A stretch of 64,000 nucleotides of DNA from a virus (Duplodnaviria > Caudoviricetes). Shown here one piece after another: positions 60,439-64,000 of this stretch. Below the pieces are notes generated by a model, which was given only the letters and a program-made list of their open reading frames with translations, was not told where the DNA came from and did no database searches. Both the position numbers and the translations under genes were made by a program. Every line of letters starts with the position of its first letter. Within the stretch, counting starts at the first letter, position 1. The stretch is from the IMG/VR virus record IMGVR_UViG_3300028591_000127, positions 45,072 to 109,071 of that record, one strand, 5' to 3'.

Positions 60439-60937
60439 ATCTTCTTTCTAATCTAGCTCTTCTCATCTCGTCCGCTATTCTTTGTTGGGCCTGAAGTTGA
60501 AGAGCTTGAATTGCTCTATCCTTCTCATCCTGACGAATTCTACGAACTTCAGCACGATCACTAGGAGAGCTAGATACATAAAGGCCTCTCTTGTCAGCCT
60601 CTCTCTTTATTGCTTCCTCAATATCTCTATCCTTCTTTCTATTTGCGGACCCTCTGACAGCATAGTATCCCCCTGCAGCGCCTAAACCAGCGCCTATAGC
60701 AGTACCAGCCAAAGATTTCTTCGTAGCAACATTACCAACCATTGCACCTAATCCTGCACCAGCAAGACCCGCACCAAATTTAGTATTAAAAGCCGTGGCA
60801 TCCGCTACCTGTTTGTCTCTCTCCAAGTCACCTTGAAGTTCTTGAAGATATTGGGCGTCTAGCGGAGTTAACTTTTTCTTAATAGCCTTCCGCTTCTTCT
60901 TCTTTTCGCTATATAGTACGTTTTTTAGTATAATCAT
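60419..60937 (-). CDS. Leader-bearing glycine-zipper protein
   Basis: MIILKNVLYS; GAGLAGAGLGAMVG and GTAIGAGLGAAGG helices. Confidence 0.75.
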   Translation of the reverse strand: MIILKNVLYSEKKKKRKAIKKKLTPLDAQYLQELQGDLERDKQVADATAFNTKFGAGLAGAGLGAMVGNVATKKSLAGTAIGAGLGAAGGYYAVRGSANRKKDRDIEEAIKREADKRGLYVSSSPSDRAEVRRIRQDEKDRAIQALQLQAQQRIADEMRRARLERRYDNSKK

Positions 60938-60940
60938 AAC

Positions 60941-61276
60941 TTAGTGTTTATTTGCCTGATATGCCTTAAGTGCAGACTCAGCATTGGCCCTTGAGGTATA
61001 CTTAGGGGTCCAAAACTTTCTTTTCTTAATAGCTACTATTCTCCAATTCCCATCGTGATCCTTCTGAATAACACCCTCTACCTTAGCTTTTTCTAGAATA
61101 TCGGGGGGAACATTCTCTCTATCATCTATCTTGCTAAATTTCTTTGATCTAAGAAGTTTAACTGGAAATTCTCCATTCTTTATAGATTTATTGATAATAG
61201 CAAGAACCTCACTCGGTAACTCTTTGGAAACTCCTTTACCAAGATTTATAAATTGTTTATTTCTTAATATAATCAT
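60941..61276 (-). CDS. Leader-bearing small basic protein
   Basis: MIILRNKQFI and internal KLLRSKKFS. Confidence 0.7.
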   Translation of the reverse strand: MIILRNKQFINLGKGVSKELPSEVLAIINKSIKNGEFPVKLLRSKKFSKIDDRENVPPDILEKAKVEGVIQKDHDGNWRIVAIKKRKFWTPKYTSRANAESALKAYQANKH

Positions 61277-63174
61277 CAGTAATCAAAAGCGCTAATTAAT
61301 CTATCTTGAAGGGCCTTATAAGAATTTTCCTTATCACTCTTAGCCATTGTTCCTATTATATCAAGCTGTTTATCAATGCCATTACTGTAACCATCTTCCT
61401 CACCAGCATCAATACTCATTTTTAAACTATAACAAGCACTTGCTAAAGAATCCCAGACGTCCTTACTTCCCTTTCCATCATTCCTATCAAAAACTGTAGG
61501 ATTATTGGTGGCTTTCTTTGGGTGATCTATCTTAAAACCTTTTCTTGTTGGAACATATTTTAAGTCATAGGCCTCCCTAAGTAGCCTTTTATTCTCTGGA
61601 AGCTCTATACTTTCTCGCATTATTAGGTTTTTCAGATATAAAGCAGGCTCACAAGGAACATTATCAGTACTAATTCGACCATTTGTAGTTATAAACTCTC
61701 GTTCACAATCCTGGAGGATCTGTTTTGAGTAAGCCTGGTCTGCACTAACAATAACGTTATATCCCTCTTTCTTAAGACCCATTATTAAGTCAAAAATATG
61801 GAATAAACTAGTCTCTTGACCTTCTTTCCTACTAACAGCAACACTAAAATAACATTTAATCCTGGGAATCTTAGTGTCACCCTGTATTATCCACCTATCA
61901 AATTGAACACATGAAATACCAGTATAGTCATCAATAGTAGCAAGATCTAAACCAATCCAAATACTAGTGCCTCGAGGAATCCTTTCAATAGCCGGTCTTA
62001 GCTTATCTATCAATCTATCCGTCTTGTCATAAAAGTCGACATGAAGGATCTCAGGAACAGGATTAGTAGTATACTTCATACAGTTAGATAAATGAGCTAT
62101 TGAACCAGCAAAGAAATTATCGCTGCTTGAGGTACTAATACCACATTTGTCTTGAAGCATTTTCTCTAGATTCTGTTTCGCCTCTATCTTAAGCTGAATA
62201 GGAACCTGAATAACACGCTCAGGATCTTGATCATCCGCTAGCCTATAATCCTCTGCTAAAACCTGATTTGGATATTTACCATCACTAATATAAACAGAGA
62301 AAGTCTTACCTCCACTCTCCTTATAATCTTGTGGCTTTACCTCGAAATGCGCTGGGTGACAATTCCAAGTTAAATCAGGGGGAGTATTATCAACAAACCA
62401 CTCAGTAGCACTAGCGTCACCTTTAGCACTCGAGTCAACAATCAAGTTTCCAACCATCTGTAAAGATTGGCGATTGAAACGAGATGTCATACGACCATAA
62501 GCAGACTCAATAATCCCTTGAGCACGTTGAGGATTTGGGTAGAAATTAACCTCAGATAAGACATAAAAAATAACATCACTACCAAGACCTATTTTACCAC
62601 CTAAAGGGCCAGAACTAAGTAACTGTAATTTAAAACGAGGTTTAATATTCTTAAAAAACGGAGATTTTACTAGAGCCTCATTTTTAAACCAGCCAAGAAA
62701 CTCAGACCTACCAACCTCTTCGTCACGATGAGATACTACAAATGAAAAAGGTTTAGGAGCCAAGTGTAAAGTCTTAGACGGATTGTTCATACACAACATC
62801 CTGGCATAAGTATTCGCCATACATAATCTGGATATTGTTGACTTACCAATACCAATAGCACCACTGAGAATCAAAAATGGATACTTTGTGGTAACAGGAC
62901 TTGGAAATATAGACTTCAAACTGTCTTTCCAAAACTGATATATATTGCTGCCACCATCAAAAAAATCAATACCCCCTAAATAATAAGGATCAGTATATAA
63001 TTGCTCAATACTGGGCGGCTTCCTATTATAACCATTGATTTTGAGGAAAACTAGTAACTTCTCCTCCTCCGTCAAACTATTGTACTGCCTCTCTAAAGTA
63101 ATATTCTGTAACTCACGTGATAAGTCTTTGGTCGGATCAAATTGATTAATAAACCGATCAGACATATAACACAA
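61276..63174 (-). CDS. terL: Terminase large subunit
   Basis: Walker A GAIGIGKST, Walker B YVLSE, coupling motif DSS, RNase H-like IGLDLATIDD and SKDVWDSLA. Confidence 0.9.
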   Translation of the reverse strand: MCYMSDRFINQFDPTKDLSRELQNITLERQYNSLTEEEKLLVFLKINGYNRKPPSIEQLYTDPYYLGGIDFFDGGSNIYQFWKDSLKSIFPSPVTTKYPFLILSGAIGIGKSTISRLCMANTYARMLCMNNPSKTLHLAPKPFSFVVSHRDEEVGRSEFLGWFKNEALVKSPFFKNIKPRFKLQLLSSGPLGGKIGLGSDVIFYVLSEVNFYPNPQRAQGIIESAYGRMTSRFNRQSLQMVGNLIVDSSAKGDASATEWFVDNTPPDLTWNCHPAHFEVKPQDYKESGGKTFSVYISDGKYPNQVLAEDYRLADDQDPERVIQVPIQLKIEAKQNLEKMLQDKCGISTSSSDNFFAGSIAHLSNCMKYTTNPVPEILHVDFYDKTDRLIDKLRPAIERIPRGTSIWIGLDLATIDDYTGISCVQFDRWIIQGDTKIPRIKCYFSVAVSRKEGQETSLFHIFDLIMGLKKEGYNVIVSADQAYSKQILQDCEREFITTNGRISTDNVPCEPALYLKNLIMRESIELPENKRLLREAYDLKYVPTRKGFKIDHPKKATNNPTVFDRNDGKGSKDVWDSLASACYSLKMSIDAGEEDGYSNGIDKQLDIIGTMAKSDKENSYKALQDRLISAFDY

Positions 63175-63179
63175 CTAAT

Positions 63180-64000
63180 GATCAAAAAGAAAATCCCCTC
63201 AATATAAAACACTAAGGGGATGCGGTTATTACGCTTCAGTCACATTGCCAAATCAAAAGAAGGCCAATACAGTATAAAAGATACTGGAGGATCCCGCGAA
63301 AATAACCTAATCGAATAAAAAGCTCACAATAAACTAAAATACTGCATTGGACGCTCCTCTGAAAATCTATTATCATTAATAAGGCAAAGAGATATGAGTG
63401 AGAAAAATTCTCGGGGGATTTATGTGTTTTGGATTCGAATTGAGAAAAATATTGAAATTTGGCTATAATTCCTGTTCTGGGCGAAAATGTATCTGGCTGA
63501 GAGGATCTCAATAGACATTTTGATTATTAATATACCCTGATAATTGTAATAAAATATAAATATAAATGTATTATTTTTTCGACAAAAACGTCTATATAGT
63601 AAATGACATCTGGCGGCTAAAAAATAATACAATTTTACTAGTTTTATGTCTTCTTTAGACCCTCTCTGATACTTTTAAAAAAAAAGAAAGTTGATTAAAA
63701 ACAGCAAAATATACAAAATAGGTCTGGATGAGAGGGTCTTAGAAAGACATAACTCTGGAATGACTGACTGAAAGGAAGGAAATGAAGGTATGAGAATATA
63801 CTCCACGCCCTCCCGGAGCCACAGAACCTTTCATCTGAAGCTGAAAGAACCTGAGCCCGTGGAGTATAACACTGTCTCTCCTCATCCTACTCGGTACATA
63901 GGCCCTCGTTTAACGGATGAGGCCGCTTCGCGGTCGAGACTTCGTCTTATAGAATAATATACCCTGAATAATTAAATAAAATAATAAATTCAATAAAATA
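63180..64000. promoter_or_regulatory. Non-coding AT-rich region upstream of terL with several inverted repeats
   Basis: No credible ORF; IRs at about 63193-63221, 63291/63419, 63645/63751 and 63799/63867. Confidence 0.5.

Noticed and set aside
28374-61276. Reading the shared leader as a Sec or lipoprotein signal peptide or a bacteriocin double-glycine leader
   Set aside because: It has no hydrophobic h-region, lipobox or GG cleavage site, no transporter gene lies nearby, and the motif also occurs in scaffold and MCP.
63236-63632. Short minus-strand ORFs of 91 and 70 aa
   Set aside because: They have atypical composition, overlap inverted repeats and lie in an apparently non-coding region.
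1-64000. Stop-codon reassignment as in Lak or some crAss-like phages
   Set aside because: Genes are full length and tightly packed under code 11, and TAA, TAG and TGA all end genes.

Overview
The window is the virion-morphogenesis region of a large, AT-rich, T4-like contractile-tailed phage (myovirus). A Bacteroidota host is inferred from a DUF5675-like gene and A/T-rich starts lacking Shine-Dalgarno sequences. Essentially all real genes are on the minus strand. Read in their direction they encode terminase large subunit, portal, prohead protease, acidic scaffold, major capsid protein, tail sheath, neck proteins, a repeat-rich 1541-aa protein, a second sheath-like protein, tube, chaperones, tape measure with a lysozyme domain, and baseplate hub, spike and wedge, with a free-standing GIY-YIG endonuclease among the baseplate genes. 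The most striking feature is about 30 otherwise dissimilar genes inserted among the head genes. They share a short N-terminal leader (for example MIILRxKx[FY]S or MxKFKxKxF[ST]) that ends in a [KR]-x-[FY]-S motif, and the same motif recurs in the scaffold, the protease and the capsid propeptide. Most carry glycine-zipper membrane helices, and several carry enzyme-like domains (LRAT/NlpC-P60, alpha/beta hydrolase, HExxH peptidase, SUKH-like, ferritin-like). I interpret this as a modular capsid-targeting and protease-maturation system that loads a diverse, membrane-active protein payload into the head. The array shows leader shuffling, polyproteins, two homopolymer frameshifts and repeated structured intergenic elements. 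All family assignments come from motif recognition by eye, with no database searches.
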